Positions 38,922-51,742 of a stretch of 64,000 bases of DNA are shown here, piece after piece (positions within the stretch are counted from its first letter, which is position 1; each line of letters starts with the position of its first letter). The DNA lies in contig OX597818.1 of assembly GCA_951406725.2 (NCBI GenBank), positions 49,166,001-49,230,000 on the forward strand, in the 5' to 3' direction. A program made the translations under genes and the position numbers. The DNA comes from Octopus vulgaris (taxonomy: Eukaryota). The notes beneath the pieces were generated by a model, which searched no databases, was not told where the DNA came from, and worked only from the letters and a program-made list of their open reading frames with translations.

Positions 38922-40503
38922 TTAAATGATCACTTCAGTATCACATGGTGTGGCATTCAATCCTCTTTGGCCACCTTGGGCAGTCTTCTACCATAGCTTG
39001 AGTTGATCCAAAATTTGTAATTAGAATTAGGCTGACACAAACTCTGTGGAAGCCTGTTGAATGAACTTTGCCTGTTCTTTAGTGCTAGACACACTCTAGC
39101 TTTTGCTCACAGGCCTGCTATCTCATCTCTCTTGTCTTTTCTATTGCTACTTTAATGATCCCTGTTCTTTGCAATGTATGGTCTTGTACCTGCTCCGCTC
39201 AAGTACCTCTGACCTTTCACCTCTCATCATCGTGTTATGCCAAACTCATGCCCCTCCCCATTTCCTACAGAACATAACCCTTTGGAACCTTCTCCCTACT
39301 CATATCTTCCTCTGCAGATATCAATCTGCAACAGTTGAAGCAAAGTCTTGGAGGGTCTACAAAAGTTCTGACCTTCATGGGTCCCTTCTGCCAAACTCAG
39401 CCCAATAAAAAAACCCATCTTGCCCTTGTGTACCTTTTAACAGAATCCCCTCTGTTGTAAATATTTGAACCAGGGTGTGAGGATAACTTCCTCCTTTTCT
39501 CCTACCATTCATGGAACCTCTGAAAAAGATTCATGGACACCGTTCTTCCACCCCATAAAATAAATTAAATGCTAAACTGTAGGTATTTTTCTGAGAAAAT
39601 AGCCTTTGATATCAGTAAATCTTGTTTGGTACAATTATCTTCAGTATTTCTTATTTTGTTGCATTAAACCGGTTCTGATTTGTACACTGTGTGTGCACAT
39701 GAGCACACACACACACACAAGAAAGGTAAAGAAAAGTGTTTGTGGCATTGCTGGCAATATCTCTAATTACTAATTAAGAAGGGAGATGTTAACGGTATTT
39801 TTGTAATGAATGTCTGCTGTCAGGACAGATGTTTTACTTCAACATTTTGCTTCATTTAATAACCAGGTTTATTAGGATGTATTAATAATTTGCGATAATG
39901 ATGATATTCGCAGTAATTAGTGTTGTGGTACTATTACTTCAAAAGAGCCAGGAGTAGATAAAAGCTCACTTAATCTCTAACAAAAGAATTTTTCAAAGCA
40001 CTGCCCATTCTACTGATATTTTTAGCACACCTACACAGTCAGGCTGGATGCAACAACAACTGAAATTTCTTGTAAATAAATGACTTGAGACTACATACAA
40101 AAGAGGATAGCCAACTGAAAACCCTTTTACAAACAACTCAAAGATTCAGTTACAACTTCTCCACAGAAAAATGGGTCTTAAGAATGTTAAAATTACTTTT
40201 AAAAAATATAGGAAACTATAAGAAAGTCGAGGTATACAAAGAGCTAAAAATACTGTATTTGATGGCTTATAAGACGTATTTACTTTTCCCAAATGACTGT
40301 GTAAAAAGAATCACCCTGGGGCCTAAATGCACATTTGGGCCTATAATGCTTACTTTAATGTACTAATAATTTTCTTTTCCTGAATATACGCTGCTGAAGT
40401 TGGGAAGTGTTTAATATGTATGTGCATCCTTTATTATATCAAATATGGTAAATCAAAGAGATATAAACTTTCCCTCCCTCCCACGCACACACACACACAC
40501 ACA

Positions 40504-40538
<35 letters not shown>

Positions 40539-40950
40539 AAGGATATACAAAAGGAGCAACTCATAAGCTCATACATTTGAGAAACATTACTGATGGCAAT
40601 TGTGAAGTGAAAGAGAGAGACTCAAGGTAATGAAAAAAGTGCACATTTTGAGATATTGGTAACGAAATAGGATTGTAGTTAGTAAAATAAAAGGAAAACA
40701 AAATAATTCAGTGAACTAAAATACTATAGGGAACAGAACTGAATATAAACAGAAGAAAAAGATAATTAGTATAAAAACATTGTATCAGTTATTAACTACT
40801 GCTTGACTAATGAAATAAAGGAAAAATCTAACAAGATTTAAAATCTACTATCCACTCCCCACATCTATGCAGTCCAAGCAGTTCTGAGAGTGTTCTTTAT
40901 GTTATATGGTATGATCCATTGTGAGATTCTCTCCTAAACGGATTCTTCGG

Positions 40951-41375
40951 TATTTCTTATTTCTTTATTGCCCACAAGGAGCTAAACATAGAGGAGACAA
41001 ACAAGGACAGACAAAGGGATTAAGTCGATTACATCAACCCCAGTGCGCAACTGGTACTTATTTAATCGACTCCGAAAGGATGAAAGGCAAAGTCGACTTT
41101 GGTGGAATTTGAACTCAGAACATAATGGCAGACAAAATACCTATTTCTTTACTACCCAAAAGGGGCTAAACACAGAGAGGACAAACAAGGACAGACAAAC
41201 AGATTAAGTCGATTATATCGACCCCAGTGCATGACTGGTACTTATTTAATCCACCCTGAAAGGATGAAAGGCAAAGTCGACCTCGGCGGAATTTGAACTC
41301 AGAATGTAGTGGCAGACGAAATGCCGCTTAGCATTTTGCCCGGCGTGCTAACGTTTCTACCAGCTTACCGCCTTA
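40951..41375 (-). mobile_element. SINE-B dimer
   Basis: One head, two bodies. Confidence 0.85.
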
Positions 41376-42651
41376 ATTCTTCAGTATTTCTCTCACTATA
41401 TGGGACTCTGCTCTGATCTGTTGAAACATTTAACAGTATTCCATCTTTCGGAAGACCAGCCCCTTTTATTTTGCCTGCTACAATCCTGTTTCTCTCATTT
41501 CTCATATCTCAAAATGTGTACTTTTTTCCATTATCTTGAGTCTCTCTCTCTTTCACTTCACAATAGCCATCACTAATGATTCTGTGGAATGGAATTTTTG
41601 GACTAATGGGACTTTGTTCCCTTGTGTCATGCAACAGTGGGTTGGTTCCTACCCTTAAGAATTTTAGAAAAAAACAGTATTGCCGCTCTTGATGCCAGAA
41701 AAGTTTTCAGCTCTATCTGGCATGAGAAACTTTTAGCAGAATCAGCCCACATATGGTATCCATCTATTTCTCATCTTTTGGATTAAAATTTTTCTGTCAG
41801 ACTTCTATAGTTTTACATAGGCACCAGTGTGGCTGTGTGTTTAAGAGGTTTGCTTCTCGGCCATGGAGTCGTCAGTTCAATTTCACCACTTGGGCAAGTT
41901 CTTTCACTATATCTCTAGATTGACCAAAGCCTTGTGAGTGGAATTAGTGGATGGACACTGAAAGAAGCCCATTATGTATGTGTGGGTGGATATATCCATA
42001 CACACACACACACACACACACACTCCACCACTTGACTACTGGTGCTGGTAGAATCGTTAGCATGCCGGGTGAAATGCTTAGCAGTTCAAATTCCGCTGAG
42101 GTTGACTTTGCCTTTCATCCTTTCGAGGTCGATTAAATAAGTACCAGTTGCACACTGGGGTCGATGTAATCGACTTAATCCGTTTGTCTGTCCTTGTTTA
42201 TCCCCTCTGTTTGTTTAGCCCCTTGTGGGTAGTAAAGAAATTGGTTTGTAACTTAGTGGTTTGGCAAAAGAGACCAATAGATTTAAGTACTAGACTTAAA
42301 GAGCAGTATTAGGGCTGATTTGCTCAACTAAAACCCTTCAAGGCAGTGCTCCAGCATGGCCACAGTCCAAGACTGAAACAAGTAAAAGTATAAGAACTGT
42401 CTCACTACCACTCTCTATCAACCTCTGCATTTTTGTTATCTCATTTGACCCTTTAAGCATTTATACCGGCCAGCTCCAGCCTCTCACGCTTGCCCTACAA
42501 TATTATTCTAAAAATAAACAATCACATCTTTGAAATCTCAAAGCTACAAAAGTGATGCATGACAAATGCAAATCAATGTGAATAAATAAGCATTGCATTT
42601 GACATAGAAATCCTAATGCTAGGGGGTTAAATTCTTACTTCTTATGCCTTC

Positions 42652-42884
42652 TTATTTCTTTACTGCCCACAAGAGGCTACACACAGAGAGGACAAACAAG
42701 GACAGACAAACGGATTAAGTCGATTACATCGACCCCAGTGCGTAACTGGTACTTATTTAATCGACCCCGAAAGGATGAAAGGCAAAGTCGACCTCGGCGG
42801 AATTTGAGCTGAGAACGTAACGACAGACGAAATACCGCTAAGCATGTCACCCGGCGTACTAACGATTCTGCCAGCTCGCCGCCT
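42652..42884 (-). mobile_element. SINE-B (another + copy at ~42045-42243)
   Basis: Family match. Confidence 0.85.
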
Positions 42885-43046
42885 TCTAACGACTTGTTTG
42901 CATATGACAGCTCTCATTGCTCCATCTTTACAATCTACACACCAACATAACTATGTACAATTTAAATGCCATACGCCAGTCTTGCACAGCTTCTAGACTC
43001 TTTATGAGATCTGGAGTTTAACCTGAGAGAAGTAAGAAAATAATTA

Positions 43047-43181
43047 GCTTGCTAACCAACCACATGGTTGCGGGTTCAGTCCCACTGCATGACATCTTGG
43101 GCAAGTGTCTTCTGCTATAGCCCCGGGCCGACCAATGCCTTGTGAGTGGATTTGGTAGATGGAAACTGAAAGAAGCCTGTC

Positions 43182-43231
<50 letters not shown>

Positions 43232-43444
43232 TTGTGTGTCTGTGTTTGTCCCCCTAGCATTGCTTGACAACCGATGCTGGTGTGTTTACGTCCCCATCAC
43301 TTAGCGGTTCGGCAAAAGAGACCAATAGAATAAGTACTGGGCTTACAAAGAATAAGTCCCGGGGTCGATTCGCTCGACTAAAGGCAGTGCTCCAGCATGG
43401 CCGCAGTCAAATGACTGAAACAAGTAAAAGAGTAAAGAGTAAAA
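43047..43444 (+). mobile_element. SINE-A (5'-truncated)
   Basis: Family match. Confidence 0.85.
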
Positions 43445-44200
43445 TAATCTGAGTGGTTTTTTTTAAGATACACCTCATAGAAAGTAAATATTTCATAAAT
43501 TGATTTGGGAGGGAAAAAAAAAGGATCCTTTTGATAAAGAATTAAAATATCTCAAAGTAGAGACTGAGAATGATCAGACAAAAAAAAAAAGGAAAAGGTG
43601 GCAGGGAGAGAAAAAACTCTAGGATATAGCTGAATAAGGATAGAAAGATGATAAAATAAACCTGTCATGGCCAGTGCTTAGTAATTATACCAGACAGAGA
43701 GTAGAATCTGGAAGGGAGCCAAAAATAGTTTAGTAGTTCTGGTCTTAAAGGAGAAATTAGAGGTTTTTTTTAGTTGCAAAAATCCCTGTAAAATGTATCT
43801 AACATGAGAGAGATAGTGAAAATGTCTTAATATGTATGAGAAAGTACTTAAACACCTTATAACAAATAGTGTAGTTTTGCTCGCCTCCCCCACTTCCCAA
43901 CAACATCACACCACACTACACTACACATATCACATCACAACACACCACCCACACCCCTATCCCCACATCTTCACACCTACACACACATACACGCACACAT
44001 CCAGACCACCAGCTCTCTTTCACACACACACATGCATACTCTCTTATACACACATGCACCTTTGTGTTGGGGGTCATCTTTACCTTGTTATCTCCCCTAC
44101 TTTCCTTCCTGTGTTTGACCCTTCTGTCCGGCACTAGTCGCCATGATAGATCGTTAGCCACTACGCACATTTTTTTCTCTCCTTGTTTCTTTCTGTGTTC

Positions 44201-44236
44201 CTTTCTGTAGAAGAGCGTAGGCCCGAAACGTAAAAG
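44201..44236 (+). ncRNA. Minimal hammerhead-like motif with variant core, in a Penelope-like terminus
   Basis: cttt-CTGTAGA-a-gagc gtag gccc-GAAAC-GTA-aaag; palindromic zero-loop stem III. Confidence 0.5.
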
Positions 44237-44436
44237 ACTTTTTCTATTCCTGAGTGTTATACTAATACATCTGTTTGTTTTGTACACCACCTGTCTTTTT
44301 CTTTTGTTTTTTTTGTAAACTCTCCCTATATATATTTATAGTGATTTCAGGGTTATCCATTTTATAGTGATAACATGGACTTAATGACACACTATAATTT
44401 AGTTGGCATGAGAGAAAGATGGGTTATCATCTTGTT

Positions 44437-44843
44437 TGTAGCAACAAGAAAATAGAAATTCACGAGACGCTTGTAATAAGTCATAACTTTTATTACTGGA
44501 GGTAATGCGTTAACATACAAGATTAATTGAAGGAAAGTTTATAACATTACATGATTACATTCTGTTTGCAGTTACATGCCTCCAAGTAAGAAAGGTGAAC
44601 GTATGCACGAGTGGGTGTAAATTGCAATGATTTGACTCAATGCCGGCCTAAGGCTAGACAGACACGGAGTGGCACGAATTTAGAATTTCTTCCTTTATAT
44701 AAAGGATGGACCAGAAGTCCCCAACTTCCACATAAACTGGAAGCTTCCAGAAAGGTCTGGAACATTCTAGAAGCTTGAGGGAAATTTTCTCGTTAAATCC
44801 CTTTTCCGTTTTGCTTGCCATCCTAGCCATCAGGGGTTACTCC

Positions 44844-44844
<1 letters not shown>
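44437..44844 (-). mobile_element. Solo-LTR-like element
   Basis: TG..CA ends with short terminal inverted repeat (tgtagcaac / gttactcca); on the minus strand the order is HSE, TATA (44691-44706), AATAAA (44489-44494). No clear TSD. Confidence 0.6.
44739..44778. promoter_or_regulatory. Heat-shock element array (8 contiguous nGAAn/nTTCn pentamers)
   Basis: gGAAg cTTCc aGAAa gGTCt gGAAc aTTCt aGAAg cTTGa: 6 perfect pentamers in exact 5-bp alternating register. Confidence 0.8.
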
Positions 44845-44874
<30 letters not shown>

Positions 44875-45129
44875 TTATTATTTGAGGGAATAAAACCCAA
44901 ACTAACAAGGAAAAAAAATTCAATTTAGAAATACTAAATCAAATTTCACACAATATAATATTTATATAAAAAAATTTTTAAAACCCACCTTTTATCAATT
45001 CAAAATGAACAATTGAATTACACCATCTAGAAAATTATATATAATAGAAATATTAAAATTAAAAACAATAAAATGTCAATGATTAAGTAAATTGCAAAAA
45101 AATAATAAAAACGTATATAATTGGTAGAA

Positions 45130-45218
45130 TAACGACACATGTTTTGTGGCTATATTTAAGAAATGATTATAGTAGTAGTGAAATCACTTCGATATAAATA
45201 TAGCTACTCATCAGGTTA
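45130..45218 (-). ncRNA. Type I hammerhead ribozyme motif with long stem II (G12>A)
   Basis: Minus strand: taac-CTGATGA-gtagctatattta...taaatatagccac-aAAAC-atgt-GTC-gtta; stem II 12/13 bp plus a further 9-bp helix. Confidence 0.75.
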
Positions 45219-45258
45219 AAAATAAACTAGAATAATAAAATAATTAATTAATAAATAT

Positions 45259-45315
<57 letters not shown>

Positions 45316-46061
45316 TAGATGGTGTAATTTAATTGTTCATTTTGAATTGATAAAAGGTGTTTTTTTTCTAATTTTATATATATATATATAATATGGCCTT
45401 GACCATCCTGTAGGTAGTGTTTACCAAGAGCTGTTGTTATAAGCTAATGAGAGAGCTCTATGTGAAATTTGACTTGCTAGAAATAGCAGCCTAATTTCCC
45501 TTAAATTGCACCCTACTATTTTAAATAAAATGAGATTGGATGATATAATCCAGGATACACAATTCTTGAGAAAAGACAAGATGGTCATATGGCTGGAATA
45601 ACTTTGCTCATTCAGGGCTAATCAACCACACCTGAAATGGGTCTTGTATTTATAAATATTATATATATATATTCATGTATGTAGGTTCTCTTTTTTTAAT
45701 TATTTGAAGTCTTCCTATAAAGAAGGAGTTAGTTTCTAACAAAACTGTATGTGTATATGTATGTATGTAGTAAACATACAAGCAAGTGTGCACACATGCA
45801 CAGTTGGTTGGACAGACAGACTTGTAGGTGGTTGAAGAGAAATAGCTTCAACCGGGAATAGAAATGGTTTAATAACTTGAATCTTAGTTCTACTTTTATA
45901 ACAAGAAAAAGAAATAATAAAATGGTTCTTATTCTTGTAAATTTTGAAGCAGAGTTGACTACATAATAAAACTCGGACATATTTTGTTGTCCTGCAGAGA
46001 TGAAAGTTAAAAAGTTGACTTTGGAAGGATTTGAGCTCTGAAAATAAAGGGATATAAGTAA

Positions 46062-46283
46062 CCCTTGTGTTGCCATATTTCTGTTGAGATGCTCTGTGTT
46101 TCTTTCAATTAATTTTAAATATAACAAAGAATTTAGTAAAATAACTTTGTTATCATTAAGCTAGTGTTAGGAACATAAATTGTGACTAAGGTTTGGTGGA
46201 AGATTTTAATTCAGAACTTTTGAAAACAATACATTTGTGCTACAGAGCCAGAAGCGGTTTCAAGCAGGTTGGTATCAAAAGGG
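46062..46283 (+). mobile_element. piggyBac-like TTAA MITE family 1
   Basis: Same body; right TTAA intact. Confidence 0.75.
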
Positions 46284-46532
46284 TTAAATACTGTGAAGCA
46301 TTTAGTCTTTCACAGTGTCTGGTTAGATATTAGCTGGCACACTGTTAGGTTAAGTTCACCTTATGTAACATAACAATCAATATATACCACACTGGTACAA
46401 CATCATAGTCTGTATGTACTGCACTGCTGGGCTATCTACACTTTATTTCGCATCATAGTATATAGCACATTGCTAAGTTGACTTCACCTTACACTACATC
46501 ATTGTCAATATGTACAATAGTCGCCTACGGTA

Positions 46533-46785
46533 TCCGTGCCAGTGGCACGTAAAAAGCACCAACCAATCATGGCCGTTGTCAGCCTCCTCTGTCTCCTGTG
46601 CCAGTGGCATGTAAAAATCATCCACTACACTCATGGAGTGGTTGGCGTTAGGAAGGGCATCCAGCTATAGAAACACTGCCAGATCAGACTGGGGCCTGGT
46701 GCAGCCTCCTGGCTTCCCAGATCCCGGTCGAACCGTTCAACCCATGCTAGCATGGAAAACGGACGCTAAACGATGATGATGATGA
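46533..46785 (+). mobile_element. Family C 3'UTR copy, 2 units
   Basis: Same core and tail. Confidence 0.8.
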
Positions 46786-48256
46786 TCTTATACCCCATTA
46801 CAGTCAACATGTACCACACCGCTAGGCTATTTACTCTTTATATCCCCCTCATAGTCAGTATGTACCACACTGTTAATTTGACTTCACCTTGTATTATAAC
46901 ATGGTTGAGAAGATATGTGTACCAGTAACACAATGATAGTTGGTTTTTTTTTTTTTGGCTTTTTTAAGCCTTTTGGGCAGGAAGTTTCTAAGTGGTTTTT
47001 ACTGTTACATGTGTAACCAGACTTTCTGTTCTAAATGCTAAGGTTTGACCTATTTGATACCAAATCAAACTGAGACCACCCTAGTTCTGTGATACAACAC
47101 ACTTCCTGATTTAAAATGATCTAAATTAAAGCATTCCATTAATATTTCACTTTCATTTATGTTCCATGCACCAACTTCATAACACCCAAATCATTTTATT
47201 AAAGTTTTTTATTTATAAACTTATTTAAAATGATGGCAATGTATTTCAAAAGAAATCATCATCATCATCATCGTTTAACATCCGCTTTCCATGCTAGCAG
47301 GGGTTGGATGTATGACTGAGGGCTGGTGAACCAGATAGCTACACCAGGCTTCAATCTTGATCTGGCAGAGTTTCTACAGCCGGATGTCCTTCTTAACGCC
47401 AACCACTCAGTTCAGGGAGGTGGCTTTGTGCTAGGAGATGAGAGGATTTAAAGCAGAGGTTCTCAAAGTTTTGGGGCTACAACCCCCACTCAAAATACCC
47501 TTATTTTTATGTATAAATAAATATTTTATATTTTACTAATTTATAAATACTATGGTTGCAAAAGAGTTAAGGCGTTCTTATCAGCATTTGCTACTCAGCA
47601 TAACTGTGGTATTGTTGTCTGGCTTTGTGAGACCAAGGGTAAGGACTTATATATTCATGGTAACCCCACCGGACCACATTTTGCCAAATGTTGTATCGGT
47701 ATTAATCATGAAAAGGTTTAAATTCAAGGGTTTACATTGTCATCTATGTCCTTCATAGTGACTCTTATATTTCTCCTTCATGTATATTGTGACGCTAATT
47801 TAGCAACAATTTGGATTTGCACTTCAGTTGCATCCTGTTTTGTAGACGATGCATTTAGTGCATATTCCCCCACCCTCCCATAAAGGAGATTTCACTTAAC
47901 ATATCTATCTACTAGAGTCTTTCTCCAGACCTTCCTTGAATTCATCATCATCATTGTTGTCATTATCATCATCATCATTGTTGTCATTATCATCATTTAA
48001 CATCCATTTTTCATCCTGGTATAAATTGGACAATTTGACAGGAGCTGGCAAATTGGATGACTGCACCAGGGTCTGATTGTCTGCTTTGTCAGGGTTTCTG
48101 TGGCTGTCTGCCCTTCCTAATGCCAACCACATTACAGAGTTTACTTGGTGTTTTTTATGTGGCACTAACAGTAGTGATGTCATCAAGTAACTTGCTAGAG
48201 AAGACCCCCTCAGTTCAGGGAGGTGGCTTTGAGCCAGGAGATGAGGGGAGTTAGAG

Positions 48257-48526
48257 CAGAGGTTCTCAAACTTTTGGGGCTAGTGCCCCATCCTTATTTT
48301 TATGTATGAATAAATATTTTATATTTTACTAATTTATATATACTATGAATCATTTGATATTTAATATAATATTACATAATTTGTATACAATACTATAATA
48401 ATATTGTAATAAATTCATAGCGTCCCCTAATTCACTGCCTTCCTCACAATGCCTCCTTTTTCTCTACTGCCAAACACCGTCCCAACACCTACCAGGGGGT
48501 TGTAGCACCCACATTGAGAATCTATG
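48257..48526. mobile_element. hAT-like MITE
   Basis: 8-bp TSD agttagag/ggttagag; TIR cagaggttctcaa / ttgagaatctatg. Confidence 0.7.
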
Positions 48527-48819
48527 GGTTAGAGTATGAATAGAAGGACAGAAACCAGTGTCTTTTGCAGTAAAGGAGACATATGGCTACTCCAGAGGGA
48601 GAGAGAAATGATGGTTAAGAATAGAAAAAACAAACAATCACATCATCAAAATCTCTAAGCTAATGAGATAATGCATAATTAATTCAAAATAACGGGGATA
48701 AATAAGCATTACATTTGGCAGAATAATCTTAAATGCTAAAGGGTTTGGAAGTGCATGGTTTCTCCCAGAAAAATGTACAATTTGTGTAATCCGTTTTTGT
48801 TTCTTCTTTTTTTTTTCAG

Positions 48820-48974
48820 TGCATGATTTTGGTTTGAGGGGGTACCATATCATGAACACCAAAACCCTACAACCACCCAATTCCTTATCAGGCAACAGAT
48901 TTAAGAATTTGAACCTTGAACCAAGTTTTGAATCCTTGCCCTACTTCTATAAGAACATATGCAGTTCAGAAGAG
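48820..48974 (+). CDS. Exon A of SH2/WW-like protein gene (..HDFGLRGYHIMNTKTLQPPNSLSGNRFKNLNLEPSFESLPYFYKNICSSEE)
   Basis: Polypyrimidine tract + CAG acceptor ending at 48819; GTAAGT donor at 48975; open frame; ends in LPYFYKNICSSEE (SH2 betaA/alphaA start) and joins exon B in phase 0. In-frame ATG at 48852 is a possible start. Confidence 0.8.
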
Positions 48975-49011
48975 GTAAGTTTTTTTTTTTTTTTTTAATA
49001 TCTTTAAGGAT

Positions 49012-49450
49012 AAAGGCAGCTAGCTGGCAGAAACGTTAACATGCTGGGCAAAATGCTTAGCTGTATTTCGTTTGTCTCTATGTTCTGAGTTCAAATTCTG
49101 CCTAGGTTGATTTTGCCTTTCATCTGTTCAGGGGTCGAGAAATTAAGTACCAGTTATGCACTGGGGTCGATGTAATCGACTTAATCCGTTTGTCTGTCCT
49201 TGTTTGTCCCCTCTATGTTTAGCTCCTTGTGGGCAAATAAAGAAATAAGAAACGTTACCACGCTGGGTGAAATGCTAAGTGGTATTTCATCTATCTTTAC
49301 GTTCTGAGTTCAAATTCTGCCTAGGTCGATTTTGCCTTTCATCCTTTCGGGGTCGATAAATTAAATACCAGTTGCATACTGGGGTTGATCTAATCGACTG
49401 CCCACCCCACCTCCAAAAATTTTGGGCCTTGTACCTAGAATAGAAAAGAA
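49012..49450 (+). mobile_element. SINE-B pair just 3' of the exon A donor
   Basis: Family match. Confidence 0.82.
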
Positions 49451-49819
49451 TATCTTTAAAGATATTCAACTGACTGGTTTCAAAAACTAAGGAAAAAGAA
49501 TGAATCCTTATTGCAAATTATTTTCAAGCTTGTTTGCTTGTTTTGAATTAAACAGTAACATTATGAAGCTGTTCTCTCCTATTTTGTTTGTTCTTTTATT
49601 CTTTAAATGTTTCACTCATTGCACTGTGGCCCTACTGGAGTGTCGCTTTAAAGGATTTAGTCAATCAAAAATTGATCCCAGCACTTATTTTTTAAGTCTG
49701 GTACTTATACTATTGGTTTCTTTTGTTGAATCACTTAGTTACAGGGACATAAACAAACCAAGACTGGTTATCAAATGGTGTAGTGATGACAAACACTAAG
49801 ACACACACACACACACATT

Positions 49820-50210
49820 CTTTATTCTTTTACTTATTTCAGTCATTTGACTGGCCATGCTGGAGCACTGCCTTAAAGGGTTTCAGTCAAAGAAATCAAT
49901 CCCAGGACTTATTCTTTGTAAGCCTGGTATTTATTCTATCGGTCTCTTTTGCCAAACCACTAAGTTACGGGGATGTAAACATACCAACATTGGTTGTCAA
50001 GCAATGATATAGGGAATAAACAAAGACACACGCACGTAAATATATATACAATAGACTTCTTTCAGTTTCTGTCCATCGGATCCTCTGACAAAGCCTTAGT
50101 TGGCCTGAGGCTGTAGTAGAAGATACTTGCTCAAGGTGCCATGCAGTGAGACTGAACTCAGAACAATATGGTTGGGAAGCGAACTTCTTACCAAACAGCC
50201 ACACTTGCAC
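49820..50210 (-). mobile_element. SINE-A (older)
   Basis: Diverged family match. Confidence 0.75.
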
Positions 50211-50551
50211 CCTATTTTAATCTCATTAGAATAATGTATTCAAAAAAATTGTTTACAAAATATTGAGATAACAAATATGGCTACATTCCATTGCATAACT
50301 GGAAGGAATATATTGTTCAAATTAACTTAGAAATTAACCAAGGCAAACAAATGGAACAATTTTTGCCATATGCACTCATTATTTAAATGCATTATACATG
50401 ACTATTTGATCTACTGATAGCTAACAGAAATTGTGTTGTTATGTAACTACATGTGAATGTATTTATATTGTTTTTCAGGCGTTGTGTCACTAGATTTCTT
50501 TTTCATTTAGCTTGCTGCTCATCTAGTATTATGGCCTATTGAATAGAGCGT

Positions 50552-50931
50552 TTATTCTTTTATTCTTGTTTCAATCATTTGACTGTGGCCATGCTGGAGC
50601 ACTGCTTTTAGTCGAACAAATTGACTCCAGGACTTTGTAAGCCTAGTACTTATTCCATCAGTCTCTTTTGCTGAACCACTAAGTTACAGAGATGTAGACA
50701 CACCAGCATCAGTTGTCAAGCAACCGTGAGGGGACAAACACACACACAGACACGCACACATCTATATAAGATGGGCTTCTTTTAGTTTCCATCTACTAAA
50801 TCCTCTCACATGGTATTGGTTGGCCCGAGGCTATAGTAGAAGACACTTGCACAAGGTGTCACACTGTGGGACTGAACCCGGAACCATGTGGTTGGTAAGC
50901 AAACTACTTACCACACAGCCACTCCTGCGTC
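50552..50931 (-). mobile_element. SINE-A
   Basis: Full-length match. Confidence 0.85.
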
Positions 50932-51282
50932 TATAGCAAAAATTTAATAGCAACATTCTAATAAGAAAAAATATTTGGTTTTCTGATCATTGTCTTTTGG
51001 TTTTAGATGTTTCACTCATTGAAACAGTGGCCACGCTGGGGCATTGTCATGAAGGGTTTTAGTTGAAAAAAATTGATTCCAGTACTTGTGTTCTTTCAAG
51101 TCTATTAGTTATTCTATTGATCTTTTTTGCTGAACCACTAAGTTACAGGGTTGTAAACAAATCAAAGCCAGTTGTCAAATGTTGGATGGCATCTGGTAGG
51201 TGGGTCGACAGACACAATCCCCTTTCTCTCTCTCTCTCATACACACACACACACACATAATGTGCTTCCACACAGTTTCTAA

Positions 51283-51742
51283 TCATCATCATCATCGTTT
51301 AACGTCCGCTTTCCATGCTAGCATGGGTTGGATGAATTGAATGAGGTCTGGCAAACCAGATGGCTGCACCAGACTCCAATCTGATCTGGCAGAGTTTCTA
51401 CAGCTGGATGCCCTTCCTAATGCCAACCACTCCGAGAGTGTAGTGGGTGCTTTTATGTGCCACCAGCACGAGGGCCAGTCAGGCAGTACTGGCAACGGCC
51501 ACACTCAAATGGTGCTTTTTATGTGCCACCTGCACATGAGCCAGTCCAGTGGTACTGGCAACGACCTCGCTCGAATGTTTTTCTCATGTGCCACCATCAC
51601 AAGTGCCAGTAAGGCGACGCAGGTAACGATCATGCTCGAATGGTAGTTTTTACGTGCCCACCGGCACGGAGGCCAGCTTCTGGCTCTGGCAATGATCATG
51701 CTTGTATGGTACTCTTAGCGCTCCATCAGCACGGATGCCATT
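51283..51742 (-). mobile_element. Family C 3'UTR copy, 5 units, inserted in an old SINE-A
   Basis: Same core and tail. Confidence 0.8.

Noticed and set aside
51440-51742. CRISPR-like palindromic repeat-spacer array
   Set aside because: Eukaryotic context, no cas genes, degenerate repeats, the same spacers recur at other loci, and the array is part of a LINE 3'UTR.
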